Positions 16,924-26,591 of a DNA stretch of 64,000 nucleotides are shown here, piece after piece. The notes under the pieces were generated by a model, which was not told the origin of the DNA, made no database searches, and worked only from the letters and a program-made list of their open reading frames with translations. The first letter of the stretch is position 1; each line of letters starts with the position of its first letter. The translations under genes were made by a program, and so were the position numbers. Where the stretch lies: positions 5,477 to 69,476 of the forward strand of contig JAXGON010000001.1 in assembly GCA_040767425.1 (NCBI GenBank), written 5' to 3'. Source of the DNA: Anaerolineae bacterium (GTDB lineage: Bacteria; Chloroflexota; Anaerolineae; UBA1429).

Positions 16924-16952
16924 TTGACCCCGAACAAACGTTCCACTATAAT
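16924..16952 (+). promoter_or_regulatory. lexA promoter with an embedded SOS (LexA) box.
   Basis: TTGACC (16924-16929), a 17-bp spacer, then TATAAT (16947-16952). The spacer contains CGAACAAACGTTC (16931-16943), a GAAC-N4-GTTC Cheo-type LexA operator. A GAGGAG Shine-Dalgarno follows at 16974-16979 and the ATG at 16986. Confidence 0.6.
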
Positions 16953-16985
16953 GGGCGCAAGCTGGAGCTAGTGAGGAGTTCGGCC

Positions 16986-17642
16986 ATGCCCAAGCGTAAG
17001 GGGTTGTCCAAGCGGCAGCAGCGCATGCTCGACGCCATTCGCAGCTTTCTGGACGAGAATGGATATCCCCCCACCATTCGCCAGCTATGCGACATGGCGG
17101 ATATCTCTTCCACGTCCGTGGCTAGCTACAACCTCGACATTCTCCAGCGCCAGGGATTCATCACCCGTGACCCCGACGTCTCCCGCGGGATTCGCTTGGT
17201 GGAGAATGGCGAGGCGTCGCGGCGCGTCGGGCAGGTGGCGGTGCCGCTTCTGGGGGTGATTGCTGCTGGTGAGCCCATCCCCGTGCCCGATTCGGACTTT
17301 TCGCAAGCTGATTATGAGCTTATCGACCTGGCACGAGACCTGGTGCCCGATGCCGAGGATGTGTACGCCCTGGAGGTACGTGGTACCTCGATGATTGACG
17401 CCCTCATCGGTGATGGCGACATCGTCCTGATGCGGCATCAGACCAACGCCCGCAGCGGCGAGACGGTGGCCGCCTGGCTCAAGGACGAGAAAGCGACCAC
17501 CCTCAAGACGCTGTACTGGGAACAGAATGGGTCCGTGGCTCGCCTACAGCCCGCCAACCCCACCATGGAGCCGATCTATGTGCATGCCCGTGACCTCGAG
17601 ATTCAGGGACGCGTCATCGGGGTGGTCCGTCGGCTCGGCTAG
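16986..17642 (+). CDS. lexA: LexA repressor.
   Basis: N-terminal wHTH (GYPPTIRQL), a cleavage-site region, the S24 peptidase Ser in EVRGTSM, and the Lys dyad partner (TLKTL). 218 aa from MPKRKG. Confidence 0.85.
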   Translation: MPKRKGLSKRQQRMLDAIRSFLDENGYPPTIRQLCDMADISSTSVASYNLDILQRQGFITRDPDVSRGIRLVENGEASRRVGQVAVPLLGVIAAGEPIPVPDSDFSQADYELIDLARDLVPDAEDVYALEVRGTSMIDALIGDGDIVLMRHQTNARSGETVAAWLKDEKATTLKTLYWEQNGSVARLQPANPTMEPIYVHARDLEIQGRVIGVVRRLG

Positions 17643-17655
17643 GCCGCCGTTGGCC

Positions 17656-20600
17656 CTAGTTCCAGTGGACGGTCAAGTTGCCAGGACCCAGCAGGTTGTT
17701 CAGGGAGCGCTCTAGATCCTGCGAATAGGCCACTCTGTGGTCAGGGAATCCCATCTTTACCTGGCCTTGGCCATTCACCAGCCTAATGGTAAAGGGCGTA
17801 TCTCCCCGATGGTTGCCTAGCAGCTCCAGCGCCCGTAGTGCCAACGCCTCGCGAGGTTCGCGGCCATCCTCCAGGGTAATGCGCAGCTCGATAGAGCGCG
17901 GCTTGGGGCGGTGGGCGGTCCTCTTGGGCGCATCCTTGGGCGGGTCGTAAGCCACGATCTGATCGGCGATCAGTTTGGCGCGGTCGTCGCGATCGTCCAC
18001 CTTGCCCGTGATCATAAGCACCCGCTGCTCGTGCAGGAGACCATTCGCCTCCTCATAGATGTGCGGGAATACCACCACCTCCATGACACCCGAAAGGTCC
18101 TCCAGCGTTACAAAGGCCATGCGGTTCCCCTTGCGGGTCATGATCTCGCGCGACTCGCTGACCACGCCGGCCACCGTGACGATCTCGCCGGTTATCGCCG
18201 TGGTGATCTCGGCCAGCTCTGTCAGGCGCTCGTCGGCGCAGGTGGAGAGCACATCCAGGGGGTGGGACGAGACATAGATGCCCAGCAGCTCGCGCTCGTC
18301 CGCCAGGCGCTGTTTTTCGGGGAGCGGTCGGAACTCTTGCGGCAACAGGTGGCCACTGCCCATGCTGGCCCCCATGCTGTCGCCGGCTAGGTCAAAGAGG
18401 CTGGCCTGGCCCACGGCGGCATCGTGCTGCACCCGCGCGCTCTCGGCCATCATGCTATCGATGCCGGCCAGCAGCGCTCCCCTGTCTCCCATCTCGTCCA
18501 GAGCGCCCGCGCGGATCAGCGCCTCCAGGGCGCGTCGGTTGACCTTGCGTAGATCCACGCGCTTGACGAAATCGTCAATGTCCGCAAAGGGCTCCTCTCC
18601 GCGCGCCTGAACGATCTCTGCGGCGGGGCCATCGCCACAGTTCTTGATAGCGCCTAGCCCAAATCGGATCGACAGGCTAGAGGCCTCCGATAGGTCGCAC
18701 GAGACGGGCGCGCCGGTCTCATCGGCTGGTTCGAGGGTGAAATCCACCCCCGAGCGATTGACGCTGGGCGCCAGGAGGCGAATCCCCTGCCGACGGCACT
18801 CGGCGGCCAGCACTGCCACTTTTTCCAGGTTGCCGCGCTCTACCGAGAGGAGAGCGCCCATGAACTGGGCTGGATAGTGAGCCTTGAGATAAGCCGTCTG
18901 CACGGTGATGACGGCATAGGCCGCGCCGTGGGACTTGTTAAAGCCATAATTCGCGAACCGCTCAATGTCGGCAAAGATGGTCTCGGCCGCTTCTCGCGGA
19001 ATGCCGTGAGCGACTGCGCCTTTGACAAAGTTGGCATGCTGCTCGTCGAGGTCCTTTTTCTTTTTCTTGCCCACCGCTCGCCGCATCAGATCGGCCTCGG
19101 CCGCCGTATAGCCGGCCAGCTCCTGGGCGATGCGGATAATCTGCTCCTGGTAGACGATGATGCCGTAGGTGTCCTTCAGGATCGGCTCTAGCGCGGGATG
19201 CGCATAGGTCACCTCCTCACGGCCGTACTTGCGATCGATATAGGAGCCGATATAGTCCATCGGTCCCGGGCGGAAGAGCGCGATCACCGCGATAATGTCG
19301 CGAAACTCGCTGGGCTGCATATCCCGCAGGGTGCGACGCATCCCCTCGCTCTCTACCTGAAAGACGCCGGTGACGTCGCCCGAGCACAGCAGCGCGTACG
19401 TGTCGGGGTCGTCCAGCGGGATTCCCTCGGGATCGAGGGTGATGCCCTCGGTGCGTTCGATCCAGCGGAACGTGCGGTCGAGCACCGTCAGCGTGGATAA
19501 CCCGAGGACATCCAGCTTGAGCAGACCGATGGCCTCGACGTCTTCCATGCAGAACTGGGAGACGAGCCCATCCCCGTGGGGCGCCGGGCGCAACGGGGTG
19601 TACTGGACCAAGGGCTTGTCGGCGATCAGGATGCCGGCCGCGTGTGTGGAAAAGTTGCGGGCCACGCCCTGCACCTGAATGGCGAAATCGAGCAACTGTC
19701 GGATGTCGCGCCGGCTGGCATGCAACTCGTGCAGCTCTGCCACCGTCTCGAGGGCGTTCTCGATCCGCTGCTTGGGGCCTTCGGGGATCAGCTTGGCCAC
19801 ATAGTCCACCTCGGCCAGGTCCATTCCAAGCGCACGCCCCACATCGCGGATGGCCGCTCTAGCCCCTAACGTGGTAAAGGTGGCGATCTGGGCCGTCTTG
19901 TCCTCGCCATAGCGCCGCACCAAATAGTCGATGACCTCGCCGCGGCGGTCTTCGGGATAGTCTAGATCGATGTCGGGCATGTTCACGCGGCCAGGGTTCA
20001 AAAAGCGCTCAAAGATCAGGTCCAGCCCAAGGGGTTCCAGGCTTGTGATGCCCAGTGCGTACGATACCAGGCTGCCCGGCCCCGAGCCTCGCCCAGGGCC
20101 CACCAGCATCTTGGCCTCGTTCTTGGCCCATTTCACCAGATCCCAGTTAATGAGGAAATAGTCGTCAAACCCCATCGAGTGGATCACCGAGAGCTCGTGC
20201 TCCAGGCGTTCGCGAATCGTCGGGGTGACCTCGCCATAGTGCCGTCGCAGGCCTTCCTCACAGAGCTGGCGGAGAAAAGTCTCGCTGGTGTGGCCTTCGG
20301 GCACCTCAAAAATGGGCAGGTGGTATCCCTCTTGCTCGATGGTATAGTTGCAGAGATCGGCCACCATGGCCGTGTTCTCGATGGCCTCGGGGTACTCGGG
20401 CAGGGCCGCCATCATCTCTTCGTATGAGCGCAGGTGGTAATCCTGGCCCGACATGCGCATCCGGTCCGGATCATTGAGCGTGGTCTGGGTCTGGATGGCC
20501 AGCAGCAAGTCTTGGGCGGCGGCGTCCTCCTTGCGTGCATAGTGGACGTCGTTGGTGGCGATGCACTTCAGGCCGAATTCGCGCGCCATGGTGGCTAGCT

Positions 20601-21168
20601 GCTGGTTGATCTCGCGCAGCGCTGGGATGCCGTCATGCTGCTGTAGCTCAACAAAGTAGCGATCGGGGCCAAATAGGTCTCGGAAAAAGCCCATCGCCTC
20701 ACGGGCGCCATCGACATTGCCCTGGAGCAGCTTGGCGGGCACCTCGCCAGAGAGGCACGCGCTGGTGCAGATCAGCCCCTCGGCGTATTCGGCCAGGGTC
20801 TGCCGATCGATGCGCGGTCGATAATACATGCCCTCTGTGGAAGCCAGGGTCACCAGCTTGAGCAGATTCTCATAGCCGACCTGATTCATAGCCAAAAGCA
20901 CCAGATGGTAAGCCTCGCGATCGACCCCTGGCTCGCGTTGCTGCATGCTGCGCGGCGCCTGGTACAACTCACACCCGATGATCGGCTTGATTCCCTGCTC
21001 GGCGGCCGCCTGGCAGAAGGAGACGGCAGCGTACATGCAGCCGTGGTCGGTCAATGCGAGGGCCTTCTGGCCCATCTCGGCGGCTCGCTTGCACAGCGCC
21101 TTGGGGCTAGAGAGCCCGTCCAGCAGAGAGAACTCACTATGGACATGCAGATGGACAAAGGAGCTCAC
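17656..21168 (-). CDS. dnaE: DNA polymerase III alpha subunit.
   Basis: 1170 aa. The N-terminal PHP domain reads HLHVHSEFSLLDG, followed by the polymerase core and OB fold. Confidence 0.9.
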   Translation of the reverse strand: MSSFVHLHVHSEFSLLDGLSSPKALCKRAAEMGQKALALTDHGCMYAAVSFCQAAAEQGIKPIIGCELYQAPRSMQQREPGVDREAYHLVLLAMNQVGYENLLKLVTLASTEGMYYRPRIDRQTLAEYAEGLICTSACLSGEVPAKLLQGNVDGAREAMGFFRDLFGPDRYFVELQQHDGIPALREINQQLATMAREFGLKCIATNDVHYARKEDAAAQDLLLAIQTQTTLNDPDRMRMSGQDYHLRSYEEMMAALPEYPEAIENTAMVADLCNYTIEQEGYHLPIFEVPEGHTSETFLRQLCEEGLRRHYGEVTPTIRERLEHELSVIHSMGFDDYFLINWDLVKWAKNEAKMLVGPGRGSGPGSLVSYALGITSLEPLGLDLIFERFLNPGRVNMPDIDLDYPEDRRGEVIDYLVRRYGEDKTAQIATFTTLGARAAIRDVGRALGMDLAEVDYVAKLIPEGPKQRIENALETVAELHELHASRRDIRQLLDFAIQVQGVARNFSTHAAGILIADKPLVQYTPLRPAPHGDGLVSQFCMEDVEAIGLLKLDVLGLSTLTVLDRTFRWIERTEGITLDPEGIPLDDPDTYALLCSGDVTGVFQVESEGMRRTLRDMQPSEFRDIIAVIALFRPGPMDYIGSYIDRKYGREEVTYAHPALEPILKDTYGIIVYQEQIIRIAQELAGYTAAEADLMRRAVGKKKKKDLDEQHANFVKGAVAHGIPREAAETIFADIERFANYGFNKSHGAAYAVITVQTAYLKAHYPAQFMGALLSVERGNLEKVAVLAAECRRQGIRLLAPSVNRSGVDFTLEPADETGAPVSCDLSEASSLSIRFGLGAIKNCGDGPAAEIVQARGEEPFADIDDFVKRVDLRKVNRRALEALIRAGALDEMGDRGALLAGIDSMMAESARVQHDAAVGQASLFDLAGDSMGASMGSGHLLPQEFRPLPEKQRLADERELLGIYVSSHPLDVLSTCADERLTELAEITTAITGEIVTVAGVVSESREIMTRKGNRMAFVTLEDLSGVMEVVVFPHIYEEANGLLHEQRVLMITGKVDDRDDRAKLIADQIVAYDPPKDAPKRTAHRPKPRSIELRITLEDGREPREALALRALELLGNHRGDTPFTIRLVNGQGQVKMGFPDHRVAYSQDLERSLNNLLGPGNLTVHWN

Positions 21169-21446
21169 ACAATCCTCCAGACAAAGCGGACAGCTATGGA
21201 ATCAGGAGATCGGGCTGGCGCGCAGGAGCGAGGAATCCTGCGACGGCCTCAGCATAAACGGAAGATGCCCGCTGGGCAAGCCGCCGGCGCCGCAAAGGGC
21301 GGGCAACCGGTGCCTTGCACCAATGGTTCCGTCGTCGCTGGCGGCGAGAGAAACGGGCCAGTGGTGGCGGGCCTGGCGCAATGGCAGACGCAGCAACACC
21401 TCCTGGCCCCAAGATCGGGTCAGGAGGTGTTGCGAGTATCACGCCA

Positions 21447-21519
21447 AGCCACCCTCGAGACTTGAACTCGAAACCTGGCGCTTACGAAGCGTCTGCTCTG
21501 CCGATTGAGCTAGGGTGGC
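21447..21519 (-). tRNA. tRNA-Thr (anticodon CGT). The 3' CCA is not encoded.
   Basis: The minus strand folds as a cloverleaf: acceptor GCCACCC/GGGTGGC, D-arm GCTC-AATCGGCA-GAGC, anticodon arm GACGC-TTCGTAA-GCGCC (one A.C mismatch), T-arm TCGAG-TTCAAGT-CTCGA, discriminator T. Confidence 0.65.
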
Positions 21520-21591
21520 GCCGCCGCGCCCGAGGGCGCAGAGCGGAGCCAGTATAGCGGGCTGGCGTGCCACCGTCAAATCGCGAGCGGA

Positions 21592-22404
21592 TCAGGCGAG
21601 CAGGCCATCCCGCAGGCCACGCAAGTAAGCCACGCTTTCCAGCGTGCTGGAGGCATAGTCGGCCTTGCCCTCATACTCACTAACCACGCCGCCGTTGTAT
21701 CCACGGTCCGTTAGCGCTTTCAGCAGGCCCTTTAGGTTGATCTGGCCACGGCCAGCGGGGACCAGATCCACCTGGCCATCGACCAGGTTAAGGTCCTTGA
21801 CATGCACGCTATAGATCCGCGGCAGCAAGGCGTCGATAAAGCGCTGGGTGTCCTCAAGGCTGTGCCCGGCCCAGCAGAAATTGCCGGTATCGAGAGTGAC
21901 GCCTAACTGCGAGGATCCCACGTCTTGGAGAATGTTCCCGATCACGTCCCCGTCATTCATCAAGCGACCGTGGTTCTCGATGGCGATCTGTAGATCCCAA
22001 CCGGCGATGCGCTCACACACGGCCGTGAAGCCCCGCACCACCCAGGGGTAGAACTCGGGCGCCGTATGGCCCTCCTTGACGTCGCCCACGAACGCGCGGA
22101 CGACGGGCACCCCTAGCGTGCGGGCCAACTCGCAGTAGCTAAAGAGCTGATCCACCTGCTCCTGCAGATCCTCCTCGGTGAGCACGGCAAAGTCGCAATA
22201 CCCACCTAGGCTGGTCACCCGCAGGCCGGCCGCGGCGATGGACGCCATCACCGCGTCATGGTCGACGTCGCCTTGCCAGAGGCCTTGATGGATCGTCGGC
22301 CTTCCGTTTAGCTCGATGGTCTCGCAGCCAAAGGCCTGAGCGGCTGCCAACACCTTGGGGAGCGGCTCTGACCCCATCCCCAAGCTCGTCATGCCGATAT
22401 ACAT
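21592..22404 (-). CDS. Sugar phosphate isomerase/epimerase (xylose-isomerase-like TIM barrel).
   Basis: Family pattern along the whole 270 aa, including IELNG..., IAIENHG and HVKD. Confidence 0.75.
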   Translation of the reverse strand: MYIGMTSLGMGSEPLPKVLAAAQAFGCETIELNGRPTIHQGLWQGDVDHDAVMASIAAAGLRVTSLGGYCDFAVLTEEDLQEQVDQLFSYCELARTLGVPVVRAFVGDVKEGHTAPEFYPWVVRGFTAVCERIAGWDLQIAIENHGRLMNDGDVIGNILQDVGSSQLGVTLDTGNFCWAGHSLEDTQRFIDALLPRIYSVHVKDLNLVDGQVDLVPAGRGQINLKGLLKALTDRGYNGGVVSEYEGKADYASSTLESVAYLRGLRDGLLA

Positions 22405-22482
22405 CCGGTCACCTCCTCAATCTGATCGATACGTCCAGTCGTAAGGGGCGCCTGCCTGGGGGCGCGCTGGCCCAGTTGCTGC

Positions 22483-25400
22483 TCAGGCTCGGTACAGCTT
22501 GAGCGTCCGCACTTGGTGAGGCGTCAGGGCTAGCCGCACCTTGTTGCCATTCACGGGCAGAACGCTTCCCGGATCCTCCAGCGGGTTGGTGGCCTCGCAG
22601 CGGGTCAGCTCCCAAGGGCAGGTGAGCTCCGCCTCGGCCGTCTTTCCGTGCATCTCTGCCAGGCGGATCACCACGGCGTTGGAACCATCCTCGGCCATCT
22701 TGAGAGCGGTCACCATGACGTTTGATGGCTCACACGTGAGCATCGCGGTGCCCGGCGTGATCGGCCCGCGATGAGCGTCCGTGACGGCAGCCACCAGCGG
22801 CTGGTTGAACTCGACGCCACGGCGGTCGCTAGCGGCCTCTCGCCAGTCGCCCGTATGGGGATAGAGGGCATAGCTAAAGCTGTGCTCGCCCACGTCGGGC
22901 ACATTGTCCGGCTCGTACGACGAGCGTAGCAACGTGAGCCCCAACGTGGTGCCCTGCGCCGAGTGGCCATACTTGCCATCGTTCAGCAACGACAGGCCAT
23001 AGCTGCCGTCAGAGACGTCGGCCCACCGCAGAGCCGGCACCTCGTCTCCCGTCGCATTGCGCTCCAGGCCGGCATAGGCTACCTCAAAGGTCGCCTTGGT
23101 TGGCCCCAGGTTTGGCTTGAAGGTTGCGCGCAGCATCGGCGCGTCCACATCCTTGCCGCCTAGCTGCTGCCAGTCGATCCAGTTGTCGACGTCGATGCGG
23201 CGCAGGCCAGTGTAAAGCCGATATCGTTGAACGATGGTAGAGTCTAGGAAACGATGCCGTACTTTGACCGTGGCGCGCACCGGACCTCGCTCCGTGACGG
23301 CGACCTCTGCCCCTTTAAGGAGGTTATCCACCCGCGTGATGTCGCCAATGTTCCAGGCCGACATGGGGTGGGGTTCCTCCCAGCACACCTGTAGCCGGTT
23401 GATGAGGCCGGCGGTCTGTTTGCGCTCAACGCCGCGCCAGGTGCTCATGGTATCGACGACACGCTCGTTCTCCAGGTCGACCAAGCTGTCGATAGCTCCC
23501 GAGCGCGGATGCACGCGCATGCTGAGGATGCCGTTGGCGAGGGTGCCGTCGCCGTCCACCGAGACGCCCGCCGGCGCTGGCTCCTGACTGGGGCGATAGA
23601 CTCGGCAGCCCAGGGCGGGCATCGCCTCGGCCACAAAGAGCAGATCATCGCCATCCGTCTGCACCGGCAGACTCACGCCGTGATCGTCGACTAGGGCCGC
23701 CGGAACGGCCTCCAACGATGCCAGCGGGATGCGAACTAGGTCGGTGCGCTCCCACGCCAGCGGGTTCCACACCACGATGCGCGGTCCCTCGCCAGGGCCG
23801 GTATCCACGGCGCCGGCGAGCGCCTGGGCCGCCTCGTTGGTCATCTGGTCGGCATCGGCCACCACGCCGTCTAGGAGCTCCACCGCCTCATCATAGGTCG
23901 CCCCGATGGCGCAGCCGCACAGGATATCGTGGAATTGGTGGAATAGCGTGGTCTTCCAGGCCTCCGCCAGCTCGTCGTGGCGATAGGCGAGCTCCGTGTG
24001 GCTGGCGGCCAGCGTCTGCAAGGTCTCGGCCGTAAGTAGCGCTGTCTCACTGCGTCGGTTGCCGGCCTTGATGTCGCCATGGCTCGTGTAGCAGCCCTCA
24101 AAGGTGGTGTTCAGCTCCCCCTGAATCACGGGCAGCTCGACCCCAGTCTCCTCGACGGCGGCGTAGAAGGCCTCGACCGTGCTCATCTGGGCCCGTGGCA
24201 GGAACGGGGTCCGGTCTAGCTGCATGGCCGCTTCAACGTCACGCGCAGTCGCGCCGCCGCCGTGGTCGCCCACACCATACAGATACAGCCCGCGTCGCAG
24301 GCCATGGCGTCGCGCCAGGTCCAACGTCGGCGCCAGGACGGCGTTAGGTGTGACCACGCCGTTGTATCCGAGAAAGTCGTTAAACGCCAACACCCGCGAT
24401 CCGTCGATCCCCTCCCACCAGAACAGCGGCTCGCCGCGCCCGGCTCGGCAAAAGTAGTAACGATCCACGCCGGCCTGCTGCAAGAGCTGTGGCAACGTGC
24501 CCACATGGCCAAAGGTGTCCGGCTCCCAGCAGATGCGCGGCTCCAGGCCAAAAGTCCTGCGCACATAGCGGCGCGTGTGTAGCAGGTGGCGCGCCAGCGA
24601 CTCGCCCAGCGCCATATTGAGATCGCCCTCTACCCAGGTGTTGGCAGTCACCTCCCAGCGCCCCTCGGCCACCCGCCTTTTGACGGCCTCCAGCACCTCT
24701 GGGGCGCTCTCGGCCATGGCTTGGTAGGTCGAGGCCTGGCTCTGCGAAAAGTGGAACTCGCCATAGCGCGCCATCAGCCCGTCGGCGGCCTCAAAGTCAC
24801 GCCGGATGACATCCACGGTCTCATCCCAGGTCCATAGCCAGTTCATGTCGATATGAGAATGGCCCACCAGGTGGGTCACATAGCTCTTGGCGGCATCTTT
24901 CATCGGGGCTAGGCGTTCCAGCGCTTGTTGGCAGCTAGCCTGCCAAGCGTCCCAGTTGGCGGCCGCCAGGGCATCCCGGTCGAGGAGCTCCGCGGCCTCG
25001 TTCCAAGCGTGTTGCCAGGCCTCGTTCGCGTCGGCGCTCTCATAGGCGAGATAGTGCGTGAAGCGGATCTGCCCCTCGAGCACCTCTAGCTCCCACTGCG
25101 CTTTAGCCAGGGAGCTCACCCGCGCCCCGCTGGGCAGGAACAAGCCAAAGCCGTCCCCGCCAAAGGCGTGCACCGCGATCTGGATCTCTTGCCCAGGGAC
25201 ATAGGCATCACAGACCACCAGCGGCACCGCGCGTGTATCCAGCCACGAAGGCTCAGCGCGGCGCAATTCGCCATCGACATAGACCTCGCTGTGGATGGGC
25301 ACGATGAACGGAAGCTCGACGCTGGCGCCGTCCGTCTCGATGCCAGCCACCGTGTCCTCAAACCGTAGCTTGCGACGCAGCCAGACCTCGCCGGCCGCGC

Positions 25401-25566
25401 CGGCCCAGGTGGCGCCGGGCTGCACTAGCTCCCAGCCGCCGTCATCGTATGCGGGGTCAGCGGCGCCGTCCGCCGCACCCTGGCAAAAGCGCCAATCGGG
25501 CAGGGCTTGAGCCTCTTCCAAGGCCTTCTTGATGGGCCTGATCGCGTCCAGGATTGTGTCAAGCAT
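22483..25566 (-). CDS. GH38 alpha-mannosidase.
   Basis: Contains HSHIDMNWLWTWDETV, ...WVEGD and ...CWEPDTFGH. Start taken at the internal MLDTILD, which follows a GGAGGG Shine-Dalgarno; the ORF track starts it at 25608. Confidence 0.85.
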   Translation of the reverse strand: MLDTILDAIRPIKKALEEAQALPDWRFCQGAADGAADPAYDDGGWELVQPGATWAGAAGEVWLRRKLRFEDTVAGIETDGASVELPFIVPIHSEVYVDGELRRAEPSWLDTRAVPLVVCDAYVPGQEIQIAVHAFGGDGFGLFLPSGARVSSLAKAQWELEVLEGQIRFTHYLAYESADANEAWQHAWNEAAELLDRDALAAANWDAWQASCQQALERLAPMKDAAKSYVTHLVGHSHIDMNWLWTWDETVDVIRRDFEAADGLMARYGEFHFSQSQASTYQAMAESAPEVLEAVKRRVAEGRWEVTANTWVEGDLNMALGESLARHLLHTRRYVRRTFGLEPRICWEPDTFGHVGTLPQLLQQAGVDRYYFCRAGRGEPLFWWEGIDGSRVLAFNDFLGYNGVVTPNAVLAPTLDLARRHGLRRGLYLYGVGDHGGGATARDVEAAMQLDRTPFLPRAQMSTVEAFYAAVEETGVELPVIQGELNTTFEGCYTSHGDIKAGNRRSETALLTAETLQTLAASHTELAYRHDELAEAWKTTLFHQFHDILCGCAIGATYDEAVELLDGVVADADQMTNEAAQALAGAVDTGPGEGPRIVVWNPLAWERTDLVRIPLASLEAVPAALVDDHGVSLPVQTDGDDLLFVAEAMPALGCRVYRPSQEPAPAGVSVDGDGTLANGILSMRVHPRSGAIDSLVDLENERVVDTMSTWRGVERKQTAGLINRLQVCWEEPHPMSAWNIGDITRVDNLLKGAEVAVTERGPVRATVKVRHRFLDSTIVQRYRLYTGLRRIDVDNWIDWQQLGGKDVDAPMLRATFKPNLGPTKATFEVAYAGLERNATGDEVPALRWADVSDGSYGLSLLNDGKYGHSAQGTTLGLTLLRSSYEPDNVPDVGEHSFSYALYPHTGDWREAASDRRGVEFNQPLVAAVTDAHRGPITPGTAMLTCEPSNVMVTALKMAEDGSNAVVIRLAEMHGKTAEAELTCPWELTRCEATNPLEDPGSVLPVNGNKVRLALTPHQVRTLKLYRA

Positions 25567-25591
25567 AGCTATCCCTCCGGTCTTGGTGGCT

Positions 25592-26449
25592 TTAGCCGTT
25601 GTAAGCATCCACGAGTGGCCTCAGGGTCCGCAGGGCGATCTCCAGGCCCTGGTCCCAGCGCTCGTGCAGGAACTCACCATCCTCGTGTTCGACGGCGATG
25701 TCACCCTGGTAGCCCACTTGCTTCAGGGCGTCAAAGATCGCCTGCCAGGGCAGTTCGCCCAGGCCCGGCAGCACAAAGCGCCACCAGCCCGTGCCATGCA
25801 CCCCAACCTTGGCGCGCTGTACTCGGTTGATGGCGATGTCCTTGGCGTGCATGTGGTGGATCCGCTCGCCATAGTCCAGGATCGCCTGCACATAGTCGAT
25901 CTCTTGCCAGGCGAGGTGCGAGGGATCGTACTCGAGCCCGAGACTGGGGGCGGGTACCGCCTCGATCAGCATGTCCCAGAGCTGGGGCGTCGTGGCCAGG
26001 TTGGTCCAGCGATAGGGCCCGTGCCCGAGCACACTGCCCGGCCAAGGCTCCAGGGCGATCTTGACGCCGTGGTCGGCGGCGTGGCGCGCGATGGGATCGA
26101 ACCGCTCCTTGAATAGCGGCAAGTTCTCTGCCACTGTCTTGCTGTTGTCGCGTCCCGTGAGGCCAGAGACGACGCCACAACCCAGCGCTTCCGCCAGCTC
26201 GACCGCGCGCGCATAGTAGCCCACGGCCGCATCGACCGGCGCCTCGATAGCGCCTCCGTAGATGGCCACAGACGTGATCGCCACGTTGTGCTCGGCCATG
26301 GCGTCCTTGAGCTGTGGCAAGTTTGCCATGGATACGTCCAGCGTGGAGGCGCCCAGCCAGCCCACGGCCGCCTCCAGGCTATCGTATCCCAGGCGGCGGG
26401 CCCGCCCGATGTTCTCGACGCTGAGCGGCATGAGAAATCCTAGCTTCAT
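25592..26449 (-). CDS. Sugar phosphate isomerase/epimerase (xylose-isomerase-like TIM barrel).
   Basis: Family pattern, including HMHAKD and ALEPWPG. Adjacent to the mannosidase gene on the same strand. Confidence 0.75.
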   Translation of the reverse strand: MKLGFLMPLSVENIGRARRLGYDSLEAAVGWLGASTLDVSMANLPQLKDAMAEHNVAITSVAIYGGAIEAPVDAAVGYYARAVELAEALGCGVVSGLTGRDNSKTVAENLPLFKERFDPIARHAADHGVKIALEPWPGSVLGHGPYRWTNLATTPQLWDMLIEAVPAPSLGLEYDPSHLAWQEIDYVQAILDYGERIHHMHAKDIAINRVQRAKVGVHGTGWWRFVLPGLGELPWQAIFDALKQVGYQGDIAVEHEDGEFLHERWDQGLEIALRTLRPLVDAYNG

Positions 26450-26541
26450 GGTGGTATCTCCCCTAGAGATGGATGAGTCTCAAGCCGATTCTACCGGGGG
26501 GCGGAACTGTGTCAACGGTAGCTGCGCCGATAAATGAAGAC

Positions 26542-26565
26542 GCTCCCGGGCAGTCGCCCGGGAGC
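26542..26565 (-). terminator. Perfect 10-bp GC hairpin downstream of the L25 gene.
   Basis: GCTCCCGGGC, loop agtc, then GCCCGGGAGC. On the minus strand it is followed by GUCUUCAUUUAU. Confidence 0.45.
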
Positions 26566-26591
26566 GTTCATGTTCGCAGGGAGAACGTGGT

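Noticed and set aside
21169-21446. A second LexA box or another regulatory motif upstream of dnaE.
   Set aside because: No GAAC-N4-GTTC or CTGT-N8-ACAG pattern is present. This dnaE looks like the replicative DnaE1, not an SOS-induced DnaE2.
25567-25608. A longer alpha-mannosidase N-terminus (MLTTAKATKTGGIA) overlapping the upstream TIM-barrel gene.
   Set aside because: The second ATG is preceded by GGAGGG at ideal spacing and removes the overlap. The first 14 codons themselves encode the Shine-Dalgarno.
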